This document shows positions 1 through 8,215 of a DNA stretch of 42,922 bases, in pieces (positions within the stretch are counted from its first letter, which is position 1; every line of letters starts with the position of its first letter). Source of the DNA: a virus. Location: IMG/VR virus record IMGVR_UViG_3300029910_000049, positions 1 through 42,922 of that record; one strand, 5' to 3'. The notes under the pieces are model-generated. The model searched no databases, was not told where the DNA came from, and saw only the letters and a list, made by a program, of their open reading frames with translations. The translations under genes were made by a program, and so were the position numbers.

Positions 1-127
1 GTTATCGAACTAGACCATGTGCGCGGTAGGCGTAATGTTGAAACAAAAGCTAACGGTGTAATCCATAGTGACAAGCCGCCGGGCCGCATTTCAGCCAGTG
101 CCGCCTACAGTGATTGCCTGTACTGCT
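1..127. repeat. Terminal direct repeat, copy 1 (identical to 42796..42922)
   Basis: Positions 1-127 (gttatcgaactagaccatgtgcgcgg...gattgcctgtactgct) recur letter for letter as the last 127 nt of the window. This is the signature of an assembler overlap on a circular or circularly permuted genome. Confidence 0.9.
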
Positions 128-297
128 CCATGTCCGGCATATGCCACAAAGGCGAGCCGATAGACAAGAATTGCCGCTCATGTCGCAACGCTAAGCCTGT
201 GGAAAATGGCGAATGGTTTTGCAGTCATCACGCGGCGATAATACCAAAAGACTACATCGCAAATGGGTGCGATGTATGGAACGGTTTAGAACAATAG
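1..297 (+). CDS. Cas4-like PD-(D/E)XK exonuclease, C-terminal part (continues from 42223..42922 across the circular junction)
   Basis: Frame 1 is open from nt 1 and is in phase with the ORF that runs off the 3' end. CLYCSMSGIC is the C-x2-C-x5-C Fe-S motif of Cas4/AddB-type nucleases. An extra CRSC...CSHH cluster follows. Stop at 295-297. Confidence 0.7.
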   Translation, partial: VIELDHVRGRRNVETKANGVIHSDKPPGRISASAAYSDCLYCSMSGICHKGEPIDKNCRSCRNAKPVENGEWFCSHHAAIIPKDYIANGCDVWNGLEQ

Positions 298-308
298 GAG
301 ACTGAAAA

Positions 309-635
309 ATGGGCACGAAAGAACATCCAAATCATAATGACTGCTATAACAAGGCGCTCCCAAGTGAGCCAATGTTTACGCTGCTTGCGCGCGATAGCTC
401 CGCTCCCGGCATCGTGCGTGCATGGGCAACGCTTCGAATGGATGAAATCGGAGAACATGCGCGCCCCATGAGCGATATGGCTGTTGTTACCGAGGCAATG
501 CAGCTCGCGGATGATATGGAAGCATGGCGCCGGAATAATAATGGCGCGTGGCGCTCAACACCGCTTGCCATCGCAGCGGCGTGTTGCCCGGTCAACCGTG
601 ATGCGTTTGCCGATAGTGAAACAGGGGAGGGTTAG
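309..635 (+). CDS. hypothetical protein (108 aa)
   Basis: ATG preceded by GGAGACTGAAAA. Contains the segment EPMFTLLARDSSAPGIVRAWA. No function recognised. Confidence 0.7.
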   Translation: MGTKEHPNHNDCYNKALPSEPMFTLLARDSSAPGIVRAWATLRMDEIGEHARPMSDMAVVTEAMQLADDMEAWRRNNNGAWRSTPLAIAAACCPVNRDAFADSETGEG

Positions 636-638
636 GCC

Positions 639-902
639 ATGCGTATCAACGTATATAGTCAAGAACTAACATCGGAAGTTGGCGTTGTTGAAAAACTGTC
701 CAACACCGGACTAACCTACAGTGCTGTGCAACTCATGTTGCACAGCTCCCTTATGCTCCATCATCCTCCGGCCGATGATGACCGTAGCGCTGTTACGTTT
801 TGGCTTCCAAAGTCGCAAGAGCGGCGCGAGGAACTTGCTAAAGCGTTCGAAGAAATGGCGGCCAAGGTGCGTGAAGCCAAGCCGGAAACAGGATTAGATT
901 AA
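639..902 (+). CDS. hypothetical protein (87 aa)
   Basis: GAGG Shine-Dalgarno upstream of the ATG. Starts 4 nt after the previous stop. Confidence 0.65.
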   Translation: MRINVYSQELTSEVGVVEKLSNTGLTYSAVQLMLHSSLMLHHPPADDDRSAVTFWLPKSQERREELAKAFEEMAAKVREAKPETGLD

Positions 903-913
903 GGAAAACATAC

Positions 914-1105
914 ATGCAAGACGGAACTTCTAAAATTGCTTTGGCTTTAGCAACGCAATTTGCCGCCAACGCCGCACAATTTCAAGCGTTGAATTTGCAG
1001 AATGAAAAGCCTAACGAAACACAAATCGTTAGCCTTATGCTGGGAGTATTGGATACCACCTACAAGCTTATTCGTTTCCTAAAGGCGAGTTGGCAGGAAG
1101 AGTAA
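914..1105 (+). CDS. hypothetical protein (63 aa)
   Basis: AAGGA upstream of the ATG. The stop TAA abuts the next ATG (taaATG). Confidence 0.6.
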   Translation: MQDGTSKIALALATQFAANAAQFQALNLQNEKPNETQIVSLMLGVLDTTYKLIRFLKASWQEE

Positions 1106-2737
1106 ATGCACGCTGTCAACGCTCAAACGCGCTGGTATCAAACAGAGGCTATCAATGCGCTTTACAACTACTTTTTTGTTCAGGGCAAGACTGGTCATCC
1201 TCTTATCTGCTTGCCAACTGGCAGCGGCAAGGGATTTGTGATCGCGCTGTTTCTGCAATGGATTTACACGCATTGGCCTAACCAGCGGGTAATTGTGGGC
1301 ACACACGTTAAAGAGCTGATCAAGCAGAATTACGATAAGCTTTTATCCGTATGGCCTAATGCGCCCGCTGGCATTTGCAGCGCGGGGCTGCGGCGTAAAG
1401 AGCTGAACTGGCCTATTACGTTTGCGGGCCGCGACACACTGGTTAATCTGGTGGCCCTGTTTGGCCACATAGATTTGTTTATTATCGATGAGGCACATTT
1501 GCTCGGGCCGGACGATGAGGGCAACTATATGAAAATTGTTATTGCCCTCATGCTGATAAATCCGCGCATGAAAATTATTGGTTTTACTGCCACGTGCTGG
1601 CGCACCGGCATGGGTTCACTTACGAATGGTCAAATCTTCACAGATATAATATATGACATTTGCAACATTCCAGGCTTCGCCCGCCTGTTTGCTGACTATC
1701 ACCTTGTTCCGCCTATCCCTAAAAAGATGACAAATATCATTGATACGGCCGGGGTGCGGATCATCAACGGCGATTTTTCGCAAGCGGAACTTGCCAACAA
1801 AGCGGACGAAAAAATTACATGGGCGGCATTGAACGAGGCCTTGCACGCCGGACAAGATCGCATGTGCCGTTTCGTTCCATGCGCCGGAGTTGAGCGCGCG
1901 ATAATGACTAACGAGATGATCAAAGCTTTTGGTCTACGCACGGCTGTTGTTCATTCTAAAATGAAAGGCAGCCAAGAGCGTGACGATATTATGTCCGCGT
2001 ATTATAGCGGCGAGCTTGACACATTGGTAACAAACGGCATTGGCCTAACCGGCCTAGACGTGCAACGAATAGATCACATTATCGACTTGAAGCCTACACT
2101 ATCGGCCGGGCAGTACGTGCAAACAATGGGCCGTGGTATGCGGCCGTTCGAAGTCAACGGATGGCGCAAGCAATATTGCTTAGTCTCTGGCCACGCTGGC
2201 AACACGCGCCGCCTTGGTCCTATAGATGATCCTTTCATTCCGGAAATGAAAGGGCCGGGCCGTGGTGACGCTCCCGTAAGGCTCTGCCCGGCGTGCAACA
2301 CTTACAACCATGCCAGTGCGCGCATTTGCACCTTTTGCGGTGAAGCGTTCGAATTTGAATTTAAAGTGGCTAAGGTAGCTTTTGAAGACGTAATGATTTC
2401 CGGACAGCTGCCAAAATACGAATGGTTTGATGTGACAGGCGGCGTGTATTATACGCAGCATACAAAGCGCCACGCCACGCCAACGGATAGGCCAACGATT
2501 AAGGCTGTGTATAGCTGCCACACAAAACGCTTCACCGAATATGTAGGCATCGAAAGCCCCAAGCCTATGGTTCGCAAAAAGGCCAGAGAGTGGTGGCGCC
2601 AACGCTTTCCGGTTGACGCTTTCGTGCCCGAGACCGTTGCCGATGCTATGCGCTATATAGATATGCTGGTGGCTCCTAAGCGCATCTTGGTCCACACAAA
2701 TCGCGAGTATCCGGAAGTAACAGGGTACGAATATTAG
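1106..2737 (+). CDS. SF2 DEAD/DEAH-box DNA helicase with C-terminal zinc ribbon
   Basis: Walker A LPTGSGKG, DEAH box FIIDEAHLL, helicase-C motifs (TNGIGLTGLD, QTMGRGMR), and CPAC...CTFCG. Confidence 0.85.
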   Translation: MHAVNAQTRWYQTEAINALYNYFFVQGKTGHPLICLPTGSGKGFVIALFLQWIYTHWPNQRVIVGTHVKELIKQNYDKLLSVWPNAPAGICSAGLRRKELNWPITFAGRDTLVNLVALFGHIDLFIIDEAHLLGPDDEGNYMKIVIALMLINPRMKIIGFTATCWRTGMGSLTNGQIFTDIIYDICNIPGFARLFADYHLVPPIPKKMTNIIDTAGVRIINGDFSQAELANKADEKITWAALNEALHAGQDRMCRFVPCAGVERAIMTNEMIKAFGLRTAVVHSKMKGSQERDDIMSAYYSGELDTLVTNGIGLTGLDVQRIDHIIDLKPTLSAGQYVQTMGRGMRPFEVNGWRKQYCLVSGHAGNTRRLGPIDDPFIPEMKGPGRGDAPVRLCPACNTYNHASARICTFCGEAFEFEFKVAKVAFEDVMISGQLPKYEWFDVTGGVYYTQHTKRHATPTDRPTIKAVYSCHTKRFTEYVGIESPKPMVRKKAREWWRQRFPVDAFVPETVADAMRYIDMLVAPKRILVHTNREYPEVTGYEY

Positions 2738-2738
2738 G

Positions 2739-3413
2739 ATGCCTGTTGAGATGATAGACCCCGAAATTGCCGATAAGGTACGCGCATCAATATCAGTTGG
2801 CGATGATGTAGAGTTCCTAACCGGACCGGAAAAATGGCTCGCTTGCTTTAATATACTTGAAATTAAATCCTACAGCTTTATAGTTGGCTTAACGCTGCCG
2901 AACGGTGCCGTTCAAAAACTAGAATTGTCCATATCGAAAACCTTAGAGTACATAACGGAGACTGAAAAAATGCGTATCAAAATGCCCCCTATTGTTGCTA
3001 CCGAGACTGTCACGCCAGCACCGCCAGTGCCTCCGACGCAATCCGCCGTCCCGGCGTTTCCGCCGTTTCCTGGTGCTCAAACACCAGCGCCTGTTCCGTC
3101 CGCTCTCAATAACCCTGAGTGGGTACGCACAGAGCTGGATAATGCGCTGTCTCAATTCGGCAAGAATATAAAATTGATAATGGAGGGCATTGTTGCGGCG
3201 GCAGAATTTGCCATTGACGCAGGCGATGCACAAACACCGGAAGTCCATACACCGGACCCGCTCACATGTTTTGATTGCCTTTTCTTGAATGTGGCCGGAA
3301 ATCGCTGCGATAAGCAGAACGCTACGCCGCCGCTTGCTGTGATTGTCAGTCCGCAAAACAATCCGGTGTTCAACTGCCCGGATTTTGTAACGGATGACGA
3401 AATACCATATTAA
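2739..3413 (+). CDS. hypothetical replication-module protein (224 aa) with Pro-rich linker and acidic-aromatic C-terminus
   Basis: Linker PAPPVPPTQSAVPAFPPFPGAQTPAPVP. Cys-containing C-domain (CFDC...C...C). Ends TDDEIPY. An in-frame internal GGAGACTGAAAAAATG lies at 2957-2973. Confidence 0.7.
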   Translation: MPVEMIDPEIADKVRASISVGDDVEFLTGPEKWLACFNILEIKSYSFIVGLTLPNGAVQKLELSISKTLEYITETEKMRIKMPPIVATETVTPAPPVPPTQSAVPAFPPFPGAQTPAPVPSALNNPEWVRTELDNALSQFGKNIKLIMEGIVAAAEFAIDAGDAQTPEVHTPDPLTCFDCLFLNVAGNRCDKQNATPPLAVIVSPQNNPVFNCPDFVTDDEIPY

Positions 3414-3431
3414 CGAAAAGAGCCTAATGAA

Positions 3432-4451
3432 ATGGCCGCGCGTAAACCAAAAGCTGACACCAATATTGATAACAAATCAAAACTAATTGAAGCTTTAAGG
3501 TTTGTCGCGTTTATCTCATCCTGTGCGGACACGGAAGAGTTTGCGTACGTACGGCTTAAAGATCGCCTGCTTGTCGCGGCCGATAATGTAATATGCATGG
3601 GCTCCCCTATACAAGAAGAGCTTGAAGTGTGCCTACACGGTGGCAAGTTTAAAGCTGCTTTGGAACAGTGCGGGCCAAATTTTAAATTAACTGAGGTTGA
3701 CCGCTCAGGTATTTCGATACGATCCGATAAGTTCCGCGCTGTCATTCCGGCAATGGATATCGGCTTAATGTCGCCATATGTGCCGGACCCTGTTTCGTGC
3801 GTAATAGATGACCGCATAAAGACAGGGTTTGAGCTGTGCAACGTGATCGTGTCAGGCAAAGGCGAGCGGCCGTATAGCAATAGCGCTTGTCTAAGCTCCG
3901 GTGTTGTTATCTCAACCAACGGGCAAATGGCGCTAGAATATTATCACGGAATACATTTGCCAGATGGACTGAACATTCCTAAGCGCGCGCTCACAGCCAT
4001 CATTAAAATTAAGAAGCCGCTTGCCGCTTTTGGCTTTTCTGAATACAGCGCAACCTTTTATTTTGATGATGGCAGTTTTGTTAAGACGCGACTTGAAGAT
4101 GTAGATTATCCGAAGACTGCCCGGCTATACGATGGCTTCAACGGAGCGCCGTTCTCTATATTGCCAGTAGAGTTTTTTAAAGGCGTGTCCGCAGTAGAAG
4201 CGTTTATGGTTGACGATGTTATTTATGTGCATGACGGTTACGTGGCAACGCACAATAGCCTAGAAATAGGTGCATGTTATCGCGTTGACGGGTTGCACGG
4301 TACGCACTGCTATTCTGCAAAGTATTGGAACATAGTTCGCGACTTTGTAAAATCAGTATGCTTTTCTAACGGTAAAATAGGGCACGCTCCTAACGCGGCC
4401 ATGTTTTACGGGGATAATTTGCGCGGCATCATTGCTGGACGTAACCTTTGA
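3432..4451 (+). CDS. DNA polymerase sliding clamp, bacterial beta (DnaN)-like
   Basis: 339 aa. DVDYPKTARLY resembles the DnaN F-P-D-Y-x-x-V motif. The N-terminal pattern (LRFV...VRL..RLLVAADN) and the C-terminal GIIAGRNL tail are clamp-like. The stop overlaps the polymerase start. Confidence 0.55.
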   Translation: MAARKPKADTNIDNKSKLIEALRFVAFISSCADTEEFAYVRLKDRLLVAADNVICMGSPIQEELEVCLHGGKFKAALEQCGPNFKLTEVDRSGISIRSDKFRAVIPAMDIGLMSPYVPDPVSCVIDDRIKTGFELCNVIVSGKGERPYSNSACLSSGVVISTNGQMALEYYHGIHLPDGLNIPKRALTAIIKIKKPLAAFGFSEYSATFYFDDGSFVKTRLEDVDYPKTARLYDGFNGAPFSILPVEFFKGVSAVEAFMVDDVIYVHDGYVATHNSLEIGACYRVDGLHGTHCYSAKYWNIVRDFVKSVCFSNGKIGHAPNAAMFYGDNLRGIIAGRNL

Positions 4452-6328
4452 TTGATCCTGATTTATTCATGACGGAGGCCGAATTGCTCAGTGCAACCGG
4501 CCCGTTTATGATGGATGTTGAATGCTATCCTAATTATTTCGAAGTCGGCTTTATGGATTTTCACACCGGCAAATGGTGCTTTTTTGAACGTCACGATAAC
4601 AGCGAGCTACAAATTGACTGGATAAAATGGATACTTGATAGCTTTTGCGTAGTAGGTTTCAATATACACGATTACGATATTATCGTATTATCTTATGCGC
4701 TTTCGCACCACAGCATAACATGCGCTCAAATAAAGCACATTAGTAACGAAATTATAACAAGCGGTGTTCGCAAAAACGAATTGCAAATGCAATATATGTT
4801 TGGAATGCATCCCGCCAATACGGTTGATTTAATCGAAGTCGCTCCGCTTAAAGGCAGTCTGAAAACTTATGCGGCTAGGTTGCACTGCCAGCACCTAGAA
4901 GATTTACCGTACCACCACGAAACGGTATTGACTAGGGAAGAGAAAAACCGCGTCCGAAATTACAACTACCACGATTTGAGCAACACGCGCTTGCTATGTA
5001 ATGAGCTATCGCCGCACCTTGAATTGCGCGCCAAATTTGGTGTCAGATACGGCAAGGATTTTAGATCGCTTTCGGATGCGCAAATGGCAGAAGAGATTAT
5101 TGCCAGTGAAATTCAAAAACTCACAGGAAAGCGACCAAAGAAAGCAGATTTTAAAAAGCGCATAGGGGAGCAATTCACCTTTGATGCTCCGGCATACATC
5201 AGCTTTCAAACTCCGCAGTTGCAAGAGCTGCTTACTGAAATACAAAAGGCCGTGTTTATCATTGGTGAAACCGGGCATGTAATACGCCCAAAAGAGATTG
5301 AAAACCGCCGCGTTATGCTAGGAGATAATGCCTACACTGTAGGTATGGGCGGGTTACATAGTGTCGAAAAGACTATGGCTATTATTTCAAACAGTTTAGA
5401 AGCAATATTAGACCGCGACGTTACCGGCTATTATCCTAATATGATGCTTAAAAACAAATTCTTTCCAAAACATCTAGGCGTGGTGTTCTTGGAGGCACTA
5501 CAAGGTATTGTTTCGGAAAGAACGGAGGCTAAGCGCTTAGGAGATGACACTACTAGAGATGGCTTAAAGATTGGTTGTAACGGTATATTTGGAAAAACAA
5601 GTGATCCATATAGTGTTGTATATGATCCTAAAATGATGGTTCAAACCACATTGACAGGACAGCTTAGCGTTTTAATGCTAATCGAACGTTTAACGTTGTC
5701 CTGCTTTAGTGTTGTTTCTGGCAATACAGATGGCATAGTCACGCTTGTTGAGCGTAATCGTATATACGAATTTGAAAGTATAATACAACGTTGGGAGCAA
5801 GAAAGCAGTCTTGAAACAGAGGAAACCGAATATCAAGCTCTTTATTCCCGTGACGTGAACAACTACATAGCGGTTAAGATGGACGGCAAAGTAAAGCAAA
5901 AAGGCGTCTATAGCTATACCGGAAGCGCGCTTAATTCTGAATTATCGAAAAACCCTGTGGAGCTGATATGTATTGACGCCGTATGCGCGCTTATTCAAAA
6001 GGGCATTCCGATTGACCAAACCGTAAGGGCGTGTGAAAAGATAGAGCGGTTTACATCTGCCCGGCTTGTGGCCGGAGGCGCTGTAAAAGATGGCCGCTAT
6101 CTTGGGCGCACAGTCAGATGGTATTATGCGGCCGGTGTAAAAGGATGCATCACCTATGCCACAAACGGTCACAAAGTCGGCCGAACAGATGGCGCTAAAC
6201 CGTGCATGATCCTTCCTGCCGCGCTACCGGCCGATATTGATTATGACAAATACATAGAGCTAAGTATCCAGATATTAGAAAAAATCGGCTATATTCCGGC
6301 ACGCAATATGCAATATTCACTTCTTTAA
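4448..6328 (+). CDS. Family B DNA polymerase with 3'-5' exonuclease domain
   Basis: ExoI MMDVECYPNYF, ExoII GFNIHDYDIIVL, motif A LDRDVTGYYPNMM, motif B KIGCNGIFGK, motif C SGNTDGI. The TTG start overlaps the clamp stop. An alternative ATG lies at 4469. Confidence 0.8.
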   Translation: MIDPDLFMTEAELLSATGPFMMDVECYPNYFEVGFMDFHTGKWCFFERHDNSELQIDWIKWILDSFCVVGFNIHDYDIIVLSYALSHHSITCAQIKHISNEIITSGVRKNELQMQYMFGMHPANTVDLIEVAPLKGSLKTYAARLHCQHLEDLPYHHETVLTREEKNRVRNYNYHDLSNTRLLCNELSPHLELRAKFGVRYGKDFRSLSDAQMAEEIIASEIQKLTGKRPKKADFKKRIGEQFTFDAPAYISFQTPQLQELLTEIQKAVFIIGETGHVIRPKEIENRRVMLGDNAYTVGMGGLHSVEKTMAIISNSLEAILDRDVTGYYPNMMLKNKFFPKHLGVVFLEALQGIVSERTEAKRLGDDTTRDGLKIGCNGIFGKTSDPYSVVYDPKMMVQTTLTGQLSVLMLIERLTLSCFSVVSGNTDGIVTLVERNRIYEFESIIQRWEQESSLETEETEYQALYSRDVNNYIAVKMDGKVKQKGVYSYTGSALNSELSKNPVELICIDAVCALIQKGIPIDQTVRACEKIERFTSARLVAGGAVKDGRYLGRTVRWYYAAGVKGCITYATNGHKVGRTDGAKPCMILPAALPADIDYDKYIELSIQILEKIGYIPARNMQYSLL

Positions 6329-6337
6329 TATTCACGC

Positions 6338-6366
6338 TTGACAGCCGAAATTGCCGAACATATAAC
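6338..6366 (+). promoter_or_regulatory. sigma70-type promoter (TTGACA-17 nt-TATAAC)
   Basis: TTGACA at 6338-6343, a 17-nt spacer, TATAAC at 6361-6366. Lies about 40 nt upstream of the 6405 ATG in the polB-6405 gap. Confidence 0.5.
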
Positions 6367-6404
6367 TTCAAGGCTCACACGTTCAACCTTAAACGGAGAC
6401 TGAT

Positions 6405-7094
6405 ATGACGATTAACCCAAATATGAAGGAACAGTTGCTCAAAATCAGCAACGGCCCGAAGTTCATCAATCCCGCCAGCCCTGTGGCCAAATATCTGGCC
6501 GAAAACAAATTCATCGCCATTGACCAGAACACCCGCGACCCGGCCAACCCGGCCAAATTCGCGTTTGAAATCACCGCTACCGGTGCGGCCGAGCTTCCGG
6601 CAGTCGCCGCCCCCGCGCCGCTTTCCGCACCGGCTGGCGTGTCCGCTGGCGGGGTAGCCATCCATGACGCATTCAATGACGCCACCGCCACCGCTGCCAC
6701 CACGGCCCCGGCTCCGGCATCACGCGTTGCTCCTGTCATTTTGACCACTGGCGGCCGGATCAAGATGCCCGCAATCGAGCGCAAGGGCCGGAAGGCTGGC
6801 ACGGTGCGGCCGGAAACCTACCCGTTCAGCACGCTGGAAGCTCCCGTTTGGGATGATGCGGCGGAAGAATATGATTACGATAGCTTCTTTGTTGCCAGCA
6901 CAGAGAGCAACCCTAATCCGACAAAGACGCTGGCCGGTACCATCTCCGGCGCCAATAAGCGCTGGAAAGAGGAAGGCCGCAAGTTCTCGGCTGTGCATGT
7001 GTCGGTTGACGTTAAGCACGGCGTTGACGGTGCCCGTGTGCTTCGCGTTGACGATACCCTGAGCGCGGCGAAGACGCCCGCTACCGTCGCCTAG
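6405..7094 (+). CDS. hypothetical protein (229 aa): small N-terminal domain, Ala/Pro-rich linker, C-terminal domain
   Basis: ATG preceded by GGAGACTGAT. Has its own promoter upstream and a terminator downstream. Confidence 0.7.
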   Translation: MTINPNMKEQLLKISNGPKFINPASPVAKYLAENKFIAIDQNTRDPANPAKFAFEITATGAAELPAVAAPAPLSAPAGVSAGGVAIHDAFNDATATAATTAPAPASRVAPVILTTGGRIKMPAIERKGRKAGTVRPETYPFSTLEAPVWDDAAEEYDYDSFFVASTESNPNPTKTLAGTISGANKRWKEEGRKFSAVHVSVDVKHGVDGARVLRVDDTLSAAKTPATVA

Positions 7095-7137
7095 TTATCG
7101 GGTACAGTTGGCCGCCGCCAGCATGACCCGATAATGG

Positions 7138-7178
7138 CCCCCGGCGCCGCCTTGCAACAGCGCCGGGGGTTTTATTTT
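7138..7178 (+). terminator. rho-independent terminator ending the plus-strand early operon
   Basis: 10-bp GC stem, cccccggcgc (7138-7147) with gcgccggggg (7160-7169). 12-nt loop, then ttttatttt. Sits at the convergence with the last minus-strand gene. Confidence 0.75.
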
Positions 7179-8211
7179 AAGTGTATGCCTCGATAATTAG
7201 GCAACCGGGATTACCAGGGTTGCCAGCTTGTCCGGCCGATGAGGCACCAGCATAAACGCCGTCCCCGCCGTTGCCAGACAGACCCGCACCTAATTGACAA
7301 GTGCCGCCTGCACCGCCTTCCCCTTGGGCATCTGCCATGGCGAAGCCGCTAGTGCCGCGTATTTCCGTCCCGTTTAAAATTGATGCTCCGGCAGCCACAG
7401 CGCTAATATTATGGGGCGCGATAATAAACGGCGGTGCAAAACCGCTGTTGCCACTGCTCCCGTGCCCTCCTGGCGCGGTGTAGACTGTTCCGGCGACAGT
7501 GAGGGTGGAAGAGCCGCCTTGTGCGCCATTGCTGCCTGTGGCATCACCTGCCGCCCCGGCCGCGCCAATAACAACAGCAAGCACCTGCCCGGGCGTAACT
7601 GATACCGTGCCTTCCATGGTGGCGCCCGCATTTCCACCGGCAGTCACGGCCGCCATGCCGCTTGCAACTGGCGCCGTGCCGCCAGAACCGCCACCAGCTC
7701 CCGCGCCGCGATAGCGCACGGTATAGCATCCTGCCGGGACAGTGTAGGTATAACTGCCCGGTGCAGTCCATTCCGCATTACCTGATGGTGTCAAGCGTCC
7801 CGAGGCATATGCTGCCAACGAAACAGCCCAATAACCAGCCGTGCCGGGCACCGTAGTGTTGCCCGAAACCAATGAAACATAATTGGTAAACGGCCCGGAT
7901 GACCCGCTGCGATAACGCACGTTGGCCCCGATATCATACGGAAACGGCGCGCCTTGATTATCGCTACTGTCAATCCACTCCGGAGAGCCGTATTGTTGAT
8001 AATTTTGAAGATTGAGAGTGACATCATTAAAAAACGAGTTCATCTTAGCGCGCTCAATCGCTATCGCGCTAGGATCAGTTGCAAGATTAAGCTGGTAATC
8101 AGCACCATATCCAGCCTGATAGCTTACAGAGCCATCGCCTTGTGTGGGCAACGGGATAGGCGTTGTGTCACCAGCAACGGCCCACGCATAATAAAAATAT
8201 TTTTGTTGCAT
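7177..8211 (-). CDS. tail fibre protein with C-terminal glycine-rich domain
   Basis: N-terminal ...IPLPTQGDGSVSYQAGYGADY fibre-like motif. The C-terminal half has YTVPAGCYTVRYRGAGAGGGSGG followed by Gly/Ala-rich beta-type repeats. Last gene of the tail module. Confidence 0.65.
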   Translation of the reverse strand: MQQKYFYYAWAVAGDTTPIPLPTQGDGSVSYQAGYGADYQLNLATDPSAIAIERAKMNSFFNDVTLNLQNYQQYGSPEWIDSSDNQGAPFPYDIGANVRYRSGSSGPFTNYVSLVSGNTTVPGTAGYWAVSLAAYASGRLTPSGNAEWTAPGSYTYTVPAGCYTVRYRGAGAGGGSGGTAPVASGMAAVTAGGNAGATMEGTVSVTPGQVLAVVIGAAGAAGDATGSNGAQGGSSTLTVAGTVYTAPGGHGSSGNSGFAPPFIIAPHNISAVAAGASILNGTEIRGTSGFAMADAQGEGGAGGTCQLGAGLSGNGGDGVYAGASSAGQAGNPGNPGCLIIEAYT

Positions 8212-8215
8212 GACT

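Noticed and set aside
2180-2695. 171-aa minus-strand ORF inside the SF2 helicase gene
   Set aside because: Antisense shadow inside a gene with unambiguous helicase motifs.
6375-6802. Minus-strand ORFs (96 and 137 aa) antisense to 6405..7094
   Set aside because: The plus-strand gene has a promoter, a conserved RBS box and a terminator. The minus-strand ORFs have none and read as Ala/Gly-rich repeat shadows.
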